In this document: positions 19,939-29,384 of the stretch, one piece after another
Layout: each line of letters starts with the position of its first letter
Position numbering within the stretch: the first letter of the stretch is position 1
Source of the DNA: an uncultured Pseudomonadota bacterium
Lineage (GTDB): Bacteria; Pseudomonadota; Gammaproteobacteria; Natronospirales; REEB76
Assembly (NCBI GenBank): GCA_963774895.1
Contig: CAVZGN010000002.1
Coordinates: 454,454-518,453 of the forward strand
Reading direction: 5' to 3'
DNA length: 64,000 bases
Made by a program: the position numbers and the translations under genes
Notes under the pieces: generated by a model
Seen by the model: only the letters and a program-made list of their open reading frames with translations
Databases searched by the model: none
What the model was told of the DNA's origin: nothing

Positions 19939-21007
19939 ATTTGTCGAAGCTCCGTAGGGCCAGACCGCAGGCAACCAAGAGCGAAGCGGCCTCATTTTCA
20001 ACAAATTGTGACTTCGCCCGCGATGACAGCTTCATTTTGCCGAAGGGGTTGCTGACAATGGTAGGCGTGTTTAATTTGCCGGTGATGCGTTCGGCGGCAC
20101 CGGGAATGGCCGCGCAGCCCCCGCATAACAGGATCTGATCCAGGTGTTGATGTTCGCTGGTGGATGATTGATAGAATTGCAAGGAACGATTCACGGCTTG
20201 GGCCATGTCATCCACGAATGGGTCCAGGATTTCGATTTTGTAATTATTGGGCAAACCACCTTCTTTTTTAGCCTTGCCGGCTTCCTCATAGGTAAGTCCG
20301 TAATGGCGCATGATTTCTTCGGTTAACTGTTTACCGCCGAAATCGGTGTTATAGCTATAGATGATGCGGCGATCATGCAATACAGTAAAAGTTGTGGTGG
20401 CGGCGCCAAAGTCCACCAAGCCTATGGTGCGATCGATGCCCTCATCCGTCATTTGATGGGCTATCAATTTGCAGGCATTCTCGACCGCGTACACTTCTAC
20501 ATCGATGACAGCAGCGTCCATGCCGGCGATTTCAAGTACTGCTTGGAGCTTTTCGATGTTATCCCGACGTGCAGCTACCAACAGCACGTCCATCAGATCC
20601 GGATCGGCTTTTGAGACCCCGAGAATCTCATAATCGAAAGCCACTTCATCCAGCGGCTGGGAAATGTACTGGTCAGCCTGCAGTTCGATTTGCTCACCCA
20701 GCTCTTTGTCGGTCAGGGTCGCGGGCATCTGGATGGTCTTGGTCATGACCTGGCCACCGACCGCCACGGCCGCGTGTTTGGTGCGCGGGCTGGCGCGCTT
20801 GACCACCTTGCGCACCGCATTACCCACCGAATCCAGGTCCATGATGACCTTGTCAGTGATAGCATTGAAGGGCATGGCTTCGGCCGCGAAGCTCTCGACC
20901 TTATAGGTATTGCCTGCCTTGGAAAGCTCAATCAGCTTCACCGAAGAAGTACTGATATCGATCCCCACGATAGGTTTTGACGCACGCTTGAACAGCCCGT
21001 CTAGCAC
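19925..21007 (-). CDS. pilM: type IV pilus assembly ATPase-like protein PilM
   Basis: Actin-like fold N-terminus GIDISTSSVKLIEL. Divergent from ponA, as in Pseudomonas-type genomes. Confidence 0.9.
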   Translation of the reverse strand: MLDGLFKRASKPIVGIDISTSSVKLIELSKAGNTYKVESFAAEAMPFNAITDKVIMDLDSVGNAVRKVVKRASPRTKHAAVAVGGQVMTKTIQMPATLTDKELGEQIELQADQYISQPLDEVAFDYEILGVSKADPDLMDVLLVAARRDNIEKLQAVLEIAGMDAAVIDVEVYAVENACKLIAHQMTDEGIDRTIGLVDFGAATTTFTVLHDRRIIYSYNTDFGGKQLTEEIMRHYGLTYEEAGKAKKEGGLPNNYKIEILDPFVDDMAQAVNRSLQFYQSSTSEHQHLDQILLCGGCAAIPGAAERITGKLNTPTIVSNPFGKMKLSSRAKSQFVENEAASLLVACGLALRSFDKYAKH

Positions 21008-21148
21008 GTTCTCAAATCCTTCCGTTATTCTTTGGTTTCCGACCTTGAGGCCGGCCCCGTGTCTTAATCTACAGCTTCAATATATATCAACAAATGATTA
21101 AATCAAATATAGTTTTTGCAGTTATGCACAGGCAGATTTGAGGGGCAT

Positions 21149-23611
21149 ATGTCAGTTCCAACCGAGCATTTAGACAAGAAACGCACGCGTCGTTCGCTCA
21201 AAACACTATATGTTGTGCTTGCTAGCCTGGCTGGACTCTTTGGCTTGGGTGTGCTGACAGTAGTGATTGCCTACCTAATGGTGGCTCCCGGCCTGCCTTC
21301 GGTCGCTTTGCTCAAGGATATCCGCCTGCAAGTACCCCTTAGGGTATATAGCCGCGATGGTCAATTGCTGGCGGCTTTCGGTGAGAAACGCCGCATTCCA
21401 CTTACCTACGACCAGATCCCCAAGCCGGTTGTAGAAGCCTTCGTAGCGTCAGAGGATGAGGACTTTTGGGAACATTCCGGGGTGAGCCTACGTGGTTTGT
21501 TGCGAGCCTCCATCCATCTGGCCCTCACCGGCCAAAAAACCGAAGGTGGTGGCACCATCACCATGCAGCTAGCGCGCAATTTTTTCTTAACCCCCAAGAA
21601 AACCTATACCCGCAAACTGAAAGAGGTGTTCCTGGCCCTTAAGATCGAACGCGAGCTCAGCAAGCAAGATATCCTCGACTTATATCTCAACAAGATATAT
21701 CTCGGCAATCGTGCATACGGTATCGGTGCTGCCGCCGAAGTTTATTACGGCACCGACGTCGGTCATCTGACATTGCCCCAAATAGCCATGATCGCTGGCT
21801 TGCCCAAGGCACCATCCACCGATAACCCGCTGGTTAATCCTCAACAGGCGCTGGTACGTCGAGGCTACGTGCTCGGCCGCATGCTTGCCGATGAGTACAT
21901 TACCAAGGATCAGTACCAGCAGGCCATGGCTGCGCCCATGACAGCTTCGTATCACGAGCCCATCGTGGGAGTGAATGCGCCGTATCTGGCCGAGATGGTT
22001 CGTGATTACATGACTTCAAAATATGGAGATGATGCGTACACGGCTGGGTACTCCGTGGTCACCACCATCGACAGCCGTCTGCAACCGTTGGCAGTACAGG
22101 CAGTTCGCGCAGGACTGCAGGATTATGACCAGAGACATGGCTGGCGCGGGCCGGTTGCGCAGGTAAATGTCGCTGCAGACAGCACGCATACAGATTGGGC
22201 GCAACTATTATCGGATTATGTACACGTGGGCGGCCTTTATCCGGCGCTCACCCTAAAGCTTGAAAGTCAAAGCGCACAGTTTTATGTGGATGGAACCGGG
22301 CTGGTTTCGGTCGACTGGAACGGGCTGAAATGGGCACGTCGCTATCTCAGCGTCAATGCTGTCGGTGTGTCGCCCAAAACCGCAGCGGATATCCTGAAGC
22401 CTGGCGATATTGTCTATTTGGATCACGCGAGCGACGGTAGTTGGTCCTTGTCGCAAATCCCAACTGCCCAGGGTGCGCTGGTGTGTATGGATCCTTTCGA
22501 TGGTGCCATTGCCGCTTTGGTAGGCGGCTTTGATTTCGATCAGAGCAAGTTCAATCGCGCTGTTCAGGCGCACCGCCAGCCGGGATCCTCATTCAAGCCA
22601 TTCTATTATTCCGCTGCTCTGGAAGATGGATTAACGCCGGCAACCATCGTGAGCGATGCCCCGGTGGTGGTGCAGGATCCGGCATTCGCCAATATTTGGC
22701 GTCCAGGCAACTATGAAGGCGATTTCAGTGGGCCGACACGTTTACGGCTGGCGCTGGCGCATTCTCTCAACCTGGCCTCAATCCGCGTATTGCAAACCAT
22801 CGGCGTGGGTTATGCCATCAACTATGCAGAAAAATTCGGCTTCGATGCGTCCGAATTACCCAACAATCTGACGCTGGCACTCGGCAGTGCCGATCTCACG
22901 CCGTTGGAGATGGCACGTGGTTACGCCGTTTTCGCCAACCATGGATTCCGCGTCACGCCCTATCTCATTCAACGCATCATCGATGGTTCTGGCCAGGTAG
23001 TGTATGCGGCCAATCCGGAGGTGGCCTGCGACAGCTGCAGTGTGGATGCCAGCACTAGCACACCTGCACCGACCCCAGCTCCGGCTGCCACAACATCCAC
23101 CGCTAGGCCCGCGTTCGCTCCACCTGCAATTCCACAATTTGCGCCGCAGGCCATCACGCCACAGAACGCCTGGATTATGACCAGCATGCTGCAGGACGTG
23201 ATCAAGTATGGTACCGGCGCTCGTGCCCAGGCGCTCGATCGCAGTGATCTGGCCGGCAAGACTGGCACCACCAATGATTGGTCCAATGCCTGGTTCGATG
23301 GCTACAACAATGACATTGTGACGGTTGTATGGTTTGGCAATGATCAACCATCCGAGTCGTTGGGCGACGGCGAACAAGGCGCTAAAGCGGCCTTGCCGGT
23401 ATGGATGGACTTCATGGGACCGGCGTTGCAATACGTGCCGCAGGTGCCTTTCGTGGAACCGCCTGGAATTGTGCAGGCGCGGATTGACCCCAAAACCGGC
23501 TTGCTGGCGAGCGCCAGTGATCCCGGTTCTATCTTCGAATTTTTCATGGCCGGGCATTTGCCGCCAAAAGCACCGGCCAAAAAGCCTGCCAACGGTAACG
23601 ATATCTTCTGA
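21149..23611 (+). CDS. mrcA: penicillin-binding protein 1A (bifunctional glycosyltransferase/transpeptidase)
   Basis: GT51 motifs (EDEDFWEHSG, GGGTITMQLARN) and transpeptidase SSFKP. ATG 21149 after GAGGGG. Has a Pro/Thr/Ala-rich insert near residues 640-670. Confidence 0.9.
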   Translation: MSVPTEHLDKKRTRRSLKTLYVVLASLAGLFGLGVLTVVIAYLMVAPGLPSVALLKDIRLQVPLRVYSRDGQLLAAFGEKRRIPLTYDQIPKPVVEAFVASEDEDFWEHSGVSLRGLLRASIHLALTGQKTEGGGTITMQLARNFFLTPKKTYTRKLKEVFLALKIERELSKQDILDLYLNKIYLGNRAYGIGAAAEVYYGTDVGHLTLPQIAMIAGLPKAPSTDNPLVNPQQALVRRGYVLGRMLADEYITKDQYQQAMAAPMTASYHEPIVGVNAPYLAEMVRDYMTSKYGDDAYTAGYSVVTTIDSRLQPLAVQAVRAGLQDYDQRHGWRGPVAQVNVAADSTHTDWAQLLSDYVHVGGLYPALTLKLESQSAQFYVDGTGLVSVDWNGLKWARRYLSVNAVGVSPKTAADILKPGDIVYLDHASDGSWSLSQIPTAQGALVCMDPFDGAIAALVGGFDFDQSKFNRAVQAHRQPGSSFKPFYYSAALEDGLTPATIVSDAPVVVQDPAFANIWRPGNYEGDFSGPTRLRLALAHSLNLASIRVLQTIGVGYAINYAEKFGFDASELPNNLTLALGSADLTPLEMARGYAVFANHGFRVTPYLIQRIIDGSGQVVYAANPEVACDSCSVDASTSTPAPTPAPAATTSTARPAFAPPAIPQFAPQAITPQNAWIMTSMLQDVIKYGTGARAQALDRSDLAGKTGTTNDWSNAWFDGYNNDIVTVVWFGNDQPSESLGDGEQGAKAALPVWMDFMGPALQYVPQVPFVEPPGIVQARIDPKTGLLASASDPGSIFEFFMAGHLPPKAPAKKPANGNDIF

Positions 23612-23654
23612 AGATTGTGCTAGGCTTTTTTTAAGCAATCTTGATAAAGAATAC

Positions 23655-24272
23655 ATGTCTCGACGTACTGCACCACGCACAGATGATTCGCGGTATTTGC
23701 TTGCCCATGAGGCCGCCCGTATCTTGGCTGAGGAGGGCGTACAGAATTTCCGCTTCGCCAAACGCAAGGCTGCGGAACGTTTGGGGTTTGATGTACGTAG
23801 CCTGCATCTGCCCACCAATCTGGAAGTGGAACAAGCCCTGGCCGAACACCAGCGGTTATTTCGTGCTGACTCCCAAGTCGAGCACATACGCCAGCTGCGC
23901 GAAATCGCGCGTGAGGCCATGCGCATGCTCAATGGATTCGATGCGCGCCTGGTGGGGCCGGTACTCGCCGGTACCGCTTCCGATCATGCAATCATTTATC
24001 TGCATGTATTCAGCGATGTGCCTGAGCATGTAGCTATTTTCCTCATGGAAAAACACATCCCCTATGAAGTATCTGCGCGCAAGTTGAAGACTGGCGCCGG
24101 CGTGCAGCACGAGTATCCGGTATATCGTTTCGTAGCCGGAAACACATCCATCGAACTCACGGTGTTTCGCGTGGATGGCATTCGGGAAGCGCCAGCGAGC
24201 CCGTTGGATGGCAAACCAATGCGGCGTGCATCCCTGCGCGAAATGGACGCTTTACTGGCTGCCGATGATTAA
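23655..24272 (+). CDS. conserved hypothetical protein (possibly degenerate nucleotidyltransferase-fold)
   Basis: 205-aa ORF from ATG 23655. The longer track ORF overlaps the ponA 3' end. GPVLAGTASDHAIIYLHVF vaguely resembles a Pol-beta NTase GS...SDxDL segment but lacks the acidic pair. Function not recognised. Confidence 0.45.
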   Translation: MSRRTAPRTDDSRYLLAHEAARILAEEGVQNFRFAKRKAAERLGFDVRSLHLPTNLEVEQALAEHQRLFRADSQVEHIRQLREIAREAMRMLNGFDARLVGPVLAGTASDHAIIYLHVFSDVPEHVAIFLMEKHIPYEVSARKLKTGAGVQHEYPVYRFVAGNTSIELTVFRVDGIREAPASPLDGKPMRRASLREMDALLAADD

Positions 24273-24288
24273 TCTTCACAGCGACAAT

Positions 24289-24312
24289 AAAAAAGCGGCT
24301 GATACAGCCGCT
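24289..24312 (-). terminator. rho-independent terminator of gltA (bidirectional hairpin between convergent genes)
   Basis: Stem AGCGGCTG / CAGCCGCT (24294-24301 / 24305-24312) with loop ATA. On the minus strand it is followed by TTTTTT (A-run 24289-24294). Confidence 0.65.
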
Positions 24313-24340
24313 TAATTCTGTACGGGAATTAAAGTCGATA

Positions 24341-25636
24341 TTACTTGCGTTTACCGATATCCATATAGTCGCGTTTGACGGCGCCCGTATACAGCTGCCG
24401 TGGGCGGCCGATCTTCATGTGCGGATCCGAGATCATCTCTTGCCAGTGCGCCACCCAGCCGACGGTACGGGCAATGGCGAACATCACTGTCATCATGTGC
24501 ACTGGAATGCCGAGCGCGCGATAGATGATGCCGGAATAGAAATCCACATTCGGATAAAGCTTCTTCTCAATGAAGTACTCGTCTTTCAATGCGATATCTT
24601 CAAGGCGCATGGCGAGCTCCAATGTCGGGTCATCGTCGCGTCCTAGTTTTTCCAGCACTTCATGACATGTAGCACGGATGATTTTGGCGCGCGGATCGTA
24701 GTTCTTGTAGACGCGATGGCCAAAACCCATAAGGCGGAATCCGGAATTTTTATCCTTGGCGCGGGCGATGGCCTTGTCGATGTTCTTCACATCGCCGATT
24801 TCCTTCAGCATATTGAGTACGGCTTCATTAGCGCCACCGTGCGCAGGCCCCCAAAGTGTCGCGATGCCGGCAGCGATGGCAGCATACGGGTTGGTATTGG
24901 AACTGCCGGCCAGACGTACCGTTGAAGTGGATGCGTTCTGCTCGTGGTCGGCATGCAGGATAAACAATAGGTCCAGAGCTTTTGCAGCGACCGGGTCGAC
25001 CTTATAAGGTTCAGCCGGCACCGAGAACAACATGTTGAGAAAATTTGAGCAATAATCCAGGTCATTTTTCGGATATACGAAAGGCTGACCGGTGCCATGT
25101 TTGTATACGGCGGCGGACAAGGTCGGCATCTTGGCGATAATGCGATGCGCGAATACGTCCCGATGTTTCGGGTTATGGATGTCGGTGGAATCATGATAAA
25201 AAGCCGACAAGGACCCCACCACAGCGGTCAGCATCGCCATGGGGTGGGCGTCATAATGGAAACCGCTGAAGAACTGCAGCACTGCCTCGTTGACCATTGA
25301 ATGGCGGCGTAGTGAATTCCGGAAAACTTCCAACTGTGTCTTGGTAGGCAGTTCGCCGTACAGCAGCAGATAAGAGACTTCAATGAAGCTGCTGTTCTGC
25401 GCCAGCTGCTCCACCGGGTAACCGCGATACAGCAGCACGCCCTTTTCGCCGTCAATGTAGGTGATCTTGCTCTCGCAGCTGGCGGTGGCCATGAAGCCGG
25501 GATCAAAGGTGAAGATACCCAGATCCTTGTTGAGGGCGCTGATATCCAGCGTGCCGGGGCCAAGGCTACCTTCACGCAGGCTCAGATCAGTAGATTTGCC
25601 ATTCGGATCAGTGAGTTTGTAGACTTTGTTGTTCAT
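24341..25636 (-). CDS. gltA: type II citrate synthase
   Basis: 431 aa with [14 protein letters not shown] and catalytic His/Asp context. Confidence 0.95.
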   Translation of the reverse strand: MNNKVYKLTDPNGKSTDLSLREGSLGPGTLDISALNKDLGIFTFDPGFMATASCESKITYIDGEKGVLLYRGYPVEQLAQNSSFIEVSYLLLYGELPTKTQLEVFRNSLRRHSMVNEAVLQFFSGFHYDAHPMAMLTAVVGSLSAFYHDSTDIHNPKHRDVFAHRIIAKMPTLSAAVYKHGTGQPFVYPKNDLDYCSNFLNMLFSVPAEPYKVDPVAAKALDLLFILHADHEQNASTSTVRLAGSSNTNPYAAIAAGIATLWGPAHGGANEAVLNMLKEIGDVKNIDKAIARAKDKNSGFRLMGFGHRVYKNYDPRAKIIRATCHEVLEKLGRDDDPTLELAMRLEDIALKDEYFIEKKLYPNVDFYSGIIYRALGIPVHMMTVMFAIARTVGWVAHWQEMISDPHMKIGRPRQLYTGAVKRDYMDIGKRK

Positions 25637-25894
25637 ATGGAATCTCCATAATCAACTGCCGGATAGGAGCGCGTGGCGCAACTGAGGATGGACGCAGACC
25701 CCGTGAAGATCAGCATATGTTGTGGAGGGTACGGGGTTTAGGTGAACCGGGATGTCAGCACAAAATAATTATATCACTGCGATCCGCCTGACTGACCTGA
25801 CCTAAGTCAGGAAATTAGCTGAATTCCATGATCGTCATGTGAATAGCATGCAGGCGGGTGCCGCGGCGCCGGATCTCGCCGGTAAATAGCGCGG

Positions 25895-26104
25895 CTAGGC
25901 GGACTTACGCGCGTATTTTTTACGGTATTTGTCCACCCGTCCGGCGGTGTCCACGATTTTCTGTTTGCCTGTGAAAAACGGATGGCAACTGGAACACACT
26001 TCCACATGCAGGTCCCGGCCCAAGGTGGAGCGTGTGGCGAAGCTGTTGCCACAACTGCAGGTCACGGTGATTTGCTTGTATTCAGGATGAATGCCGGATT
26101 TCAT
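25895..26104 (-). CDS. rpmE: 50S ribosomal protein L31 (Zn-ribbon type)
   Basis: [19 protein letters not shown]...[10 protein letters not shown]. Start at ATG 26104. Confidence 0.95.
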   Translation of the reverse strand: MKSGIHPEYKQITVTCSCGNSFATRSTLGRDLHVEVCSSCHPFFTGKQKIVDTAGRVDKYRKKYARKSA

Positions 26105-26296
26105 GAAAGCCTCTGATACCAGATGATAAGTCACTTTGAAGGGCGCGCATGATAGCGCCCGCCCGGGTGTGCAGCAAGCCTGGGATGCTGGATACGTTCG
26201 GCGTGTTCCCGCTCACAGGCAATGGCTTAGTGTCCAAATATAATCCGGCGTCTTATGCAGGGCTTTTAACTAACTGATCAAAATGAATAAAATCGC

Positions 26297-26364
26297 TTGT
26301 CCACAAAAGCAGTGGATAAGTCTGTGGATTAAACCGCGCGCACACAGCTCTTTGCTTATCCGAG
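26297..26364. promoter_or_regulatory. cluster of DnaA-box-like 9-mers (candidate oriC core or DnaA regulatory site)
   Basis: TTGTCCACA 26297-26305 (+); TTATCCACT on the complement of 26311-26319; TAATCCACA on the complement of 26323-26331; TTATCCGAG 26356-26364. These are 8/9, 8/9, 8/9 and 7/9 matches to TTATCCACA, and they are flanked by AT-rich blocks. Confidence 0.4.
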
Positions 26365-26758
26365 CAGGACATGCGTCAAAACGGTTAAATCTTGTTCAAA
26401 TGATAAAATACTTGAAAATCAATAAGTTAAGAGAAGAATGGTTTTGTGCACGCAAAACATGTTGATGGGTTCCACGGCTCACATGCTGGCCAAGCTGATG
26501 TGCATAACCTCTTGTTCGTAGCTGAAAATTCGATTACATCGCCGATAATTTCTCGATCGCAGGGAACGTCGCCAATCGCTCCAATCGCACCCATCTAGAT
26601 TGCCCTTCGTTGTTATGGGCTATAGGTATCTCCTGATCTTCCGGGGTTATCAGGCCTTCAGCGTGAGGGTATCCGGGCAGGTCACTCCATCCACTCTGCG
26701 CCAACGCACCCTTGTACCCTTAGCGGCAAGCAGCGGCGAAAGGCGTTTTGCAAACGGG

Positions 26759-27961
26759 CTATTGAGTATGCTGGCTATCGGGGCGGCTGTCTGCAGCGGG
26801 CAGGCAGGGCGTTTCGGGTAAAAATCGTGCCTGCAAATCGTTGAGGAATGTGTAGCCAGTGGCGGTCGGTCGCCAACGACCATCAGTCAGATGCATGAGT
26901 TTCGAGGCTTGAGCCTGTTCCAGGGCGGATTGCACCTGCGCATAGGCTAATGCCGTGGTCGACTCAAAATCTGAGCGGCTGAACCCCTCCATCAAACGCA
27001 AGCGATTTAGCATGAATTCGAATATCCGATCCGCCGCATTTATCTCAGCGATGCCGCCGATGCACTCATCAGTGCCCGCCGCACGCAAGTAAGCCGCGGG
27101 TTGCCTTACTTTCCACATTCGCACGATGCGGCCGTGTTGCAGATCGCTTAATTTACTGTGGGCGCCTGCGCCGATTCCCAGATAATCACCATAACGCCAA
27201 TAGTTCAGATTGTGACTGCATTGTTGGTTATTGCGCGCATAGGCGGAGATCTCATATTGGTCAAAGCCCTGGTTACGGAGCAGTGCCTGGCAGCTCTGCT
27301 GCATTTGCCAGATGCTATCGTCGTCAGGCAGTACAGGTGGATGCGCATGGAAAAGCGTATTAGGTTCAAGCGTGAGCTGGTAATGGGAAATATGCGCCGG
27401 TTCGAGAGAGATAGCGCTTTTGATATCCGCCATGGCTTGTTCCACAGACTGTTGCGGTAAGCCGTACATGAGATCCAAATTGAAGTTCTCCAAGCCCGCG
27501 GCGTAGGCCTGTTCGGCGGCATATACCGCTTCTTCGGTAGAGTGGATGCGGCCCAATGTCTGCAGATGTTGCGCGTTGAAACTTTGCACTCCGATGGACA
27601 GACGTGTCACGCCTGCACTCCGGTATTCAGAGAAACTTCCATGTTCCACGCTTCCGGGATTGGCTTCCAATGTGATTTCCGCGTCAGCAATCAAAGGCAA
27701 GTGGCGCCGAGCTCCGTCCAGGATGCTGGCGATGGTTTCCGGTCTGAACAAACTGGGGGTACCGCCACCGAAGAAAACCGACTGCAGATGCCGCCCACAG
27801 ACTCTCGGAAGATCCTGCTGCAGATCGCGCAGCAGTGCTTCCGCATATTCTTTTTCAGGCAGCTTGCCATTGACAGCGTGGGAATTGAAATCGCAATACG
27901 GGCACTTGCGTACACACCATGGCAGGTGCACATAAAGCGAGAGCGGCGGAATCGAAAGCAT
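26759..27961 (-). CDS. hemW: radical SAM heme chaperone HemW (HemN-like, YggW)
   Basis: LYVHLPWCVRKCPYCDFNS radical-SAM CxxxCxxC motif. hemW-rdgB-rph neighbourhood. Confidence 0.9.
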   Translation of the reverse strand: MLSIPPLSLYVHLPWCVRKCPYCDFNSHAVNGKLPEKEYAEALLRDLQQDLPRVCGRHLQSVFFGGGTPSLFRPETIASILDGARRHLPLIADAEITLEANPGSVEHGSFSEYRSAGVTRLSIGVQSFNAQHLQTLGRIHSTEEAVYAAEQAYAAGLENFNLDLMYGLPQQSVEQAMADIKSAISLEPAHISHYQLTLEPNTLFHAHPPVLPDDDSIWQMQQSCQALLRNQGFDQYEISAYARNNQQCSHNLNYWRYGDYLGIGAGAHSKLSDLQHGRIVRMWKVRQPAAYLRAAGTDECIGGIAEINAADRIFEFMLNRLRLMEGFSRSDFESTTALAYAQVQSALEQAQASKLMHLTDGRWRPTATGYTFLNDLQARFLPETPCLPAADSRPDSQHTQ

Positions 27962-27973
27962 GTATCAGCAGAA

Positions 27974-28573
27974 TCAGTAATCCAGCTTGACGAGTTCTTG
28001 CACCAGCTTGCGTATAGCCTGCCCACGATGGCTCAGGCGGTTCTTTTCTTCTGGTGTGAGTTCGGCTGAGGATCTGTTTTTTTCAGGCACTAGGAACACC
28101 GGATCATAGCCAAAACCGTTGTTGCCACGGGCTACATCCAGGATTGATCCTTCCCATACGCCCTCACAGATTATCGGTATCGGATCATCCGCTTGACGCA
28201 CGTAAGCCATGCTGCAACGGAAGCGCGCTGTGCGCTTGTCCGCGGATACGGTGCGCAGTTCCTTAAGGAGTTTCTCCAGATTGTCGGCATCGCTGGCGCC
28301 GATTCCGGCATAGCGGGCTGAATGAATTCCGGGAGCACCATCAAGTGCATCCACTTCCAGACCGGAATCATCGGCGATGGCAGGCAGACCTGTCTGGCGG
28401 GCGGCATTGCGGCCTTTGAGTAGCGCATTTTCCTGAAAACTCGTCCCGCTTTCTTCTATCTCACGCACCCCCAAGGTGCTTTGCGAGAGCACTTGGATGC
28501 CAGTGTCCGCCAGCATCGTTTGCAGTTCGTGCAGCTTGCCAGCATTGGCGGTGGCCAGCACCAGCTTGTTCAT
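27974..28573 (-). CDS. rdgB: non-canonical purine NTP pyrophosphatase (RdgB/HAM1)
   Basis: [15 protein letters not shown]-terminus and FGYDPVF motif. Confidence 0.9.
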   Translation of the reverse strand: MNKLVLATANAGKLHELQTMLADTGIQVLSQSTLGVREIEESGTSFQENALLKGRNAARQTGLPAIADDSGLEVDALDGAPGIHSARYAGIGASDADNLEKLLKELRTVSADKRTARFRCSMAYVRQADDPIPIICEGVWEGSILDVARGNNGFGYDPVFLVPEKNRSSAELTPEEKNRLSHRGQAIRKLVQELVKLDY

Positions 28574-29286
28574 GGTGCCAGCGCTTCGGATTGCGCATTG
28601 ATGAGCGCGCGGATGCCATCACCGGCAAGCGTCAGCAGCTGCTCCAGCTGCTCACGCCGGAAGGCCTGACTTTCCGCCGTTCCTTGGATCTCCACGAACT
28701 CGCCGGCCGTGTTCATGACCACATTCATGTCGGTTTCCGCCTGGGAATCTTCCGCATAATCCAGATCCAGCAGCGCTTCACCCTTGACGATGCCCGTGGA
28801 TACCGCTGCGACTGCGCCGCGCAGCGGCTGCTTTTTCACCAGCCCGCTTTCCTGAAGTACACGCACGGCATCCACCAGTGCCACATAGCTGCCGGTGATG
28901 GCTACAGTGCGCGTACCGCCATCCGCCTGCAGCACATCACAATCGAGTATCAGGGTGCGTTCGCCGAGGGCCTGCAAGTCCACCACCGTCCGCAATGCGC
29001 GGCCGATGAGGCGCTGGATTTCCAGGGTGCGCCCCGCCTGTTTGCCGCGCGCGGCCTCGCGTTCGGTGCGCATGTGGGTGGCGCGCGGCAGCATGCTGTA
29101 TTCAGCCGTCAACCAGCCTTTGCCGGCGCCCTTCAGGAATGCTGGTACCCGCTCCTCCACGCTCACGGTGCACAGCACGCGAGTATCACCGAAGCTGGCC
29201 AGCACCGAGCCTTCCGCGTGGCGGGTGTAGTTGCGGGTCAATGTGACCGGGCGTAATTGGTTAAAAGCACGACCATGACTGCGCAT
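28570..29286 (-). CDS. rph: ribonuclease PH
   Basis: [18 protein letters not shown] and [13 protein letters not shown] motifs. 4-nt overlap with rdgB. Confidence 0.95.
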   Translation of the reverse strand: MRSHGRAFNQLRPVTLTRNYTRHAEGSVLASFGDTRVLCTVSVEERVPAFLKGAGKGWLTAEYSMLPRATHMRTEREAARGKQAGRTLEIQRLIGRALRTVVDLQALGERTLILDCDVLQADGGTRTVAITGSYVALVDAVRVLQESGLVKKQPLRGAVAAVSTGIVKGEALLDLDYAEDSQAETDMNVVMNTAGEFVEIQGTAESQAFRREQLEQLLTLAGDGIRALINAQSEALAP

Positions 29287-29384
29287 ACAGGAACTCCGAA
29301 CATAATCTATGAAATTAATTATTTATCCGCGTGCAAAACGCAGCCCGTAGCATGCACGTTGAGACGCACAGCACATGAAATTAA

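Noticed and set aside
22856-23932. Long antisense ORFs in the track: 358 aa opposite ponA, 296 aa at 10106-10996 opposite fadD, 247 aa at 892-1635, 221 aa at 28591-29256, 236 aa at 59568-60278, and 272 aa at 62441-63259.
   Set aside because: They lie entirely within, and antisense to, genes with unambiguous family motifs. Their products are Arg/Ala/Gly/Pro-rich and low-complexity, as expected for shadow frames in GC-rich DNA. No independent signals (RBS, motifs) were seen.
25786-25812. Hairpin CCTGACT...AGTCAGG after rpmE, and a TATAAT (complement of 25768-25773) considered as the gltA promoter.
   Set aside because: The hairpin has a 7-bp stem with no adjacent U-tract. The -10 element has no convincing -35 partner at 16-18 nt spacing. 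Both are plausible but unsupported without TSS data.
26283-26465. 60-aa ORF (MNKIACPQKQWISLWIK...) inside the rpmE-hemW gene desert.
   Set aside because: It spans the DnaA-box cluster and the 25%-GC block. It is Lys/Leu/Ile-rich, as expected from AT-rich non-coding DNA, and has no RBS or family resemblance. The region is better explained as regulatory or origin-like.
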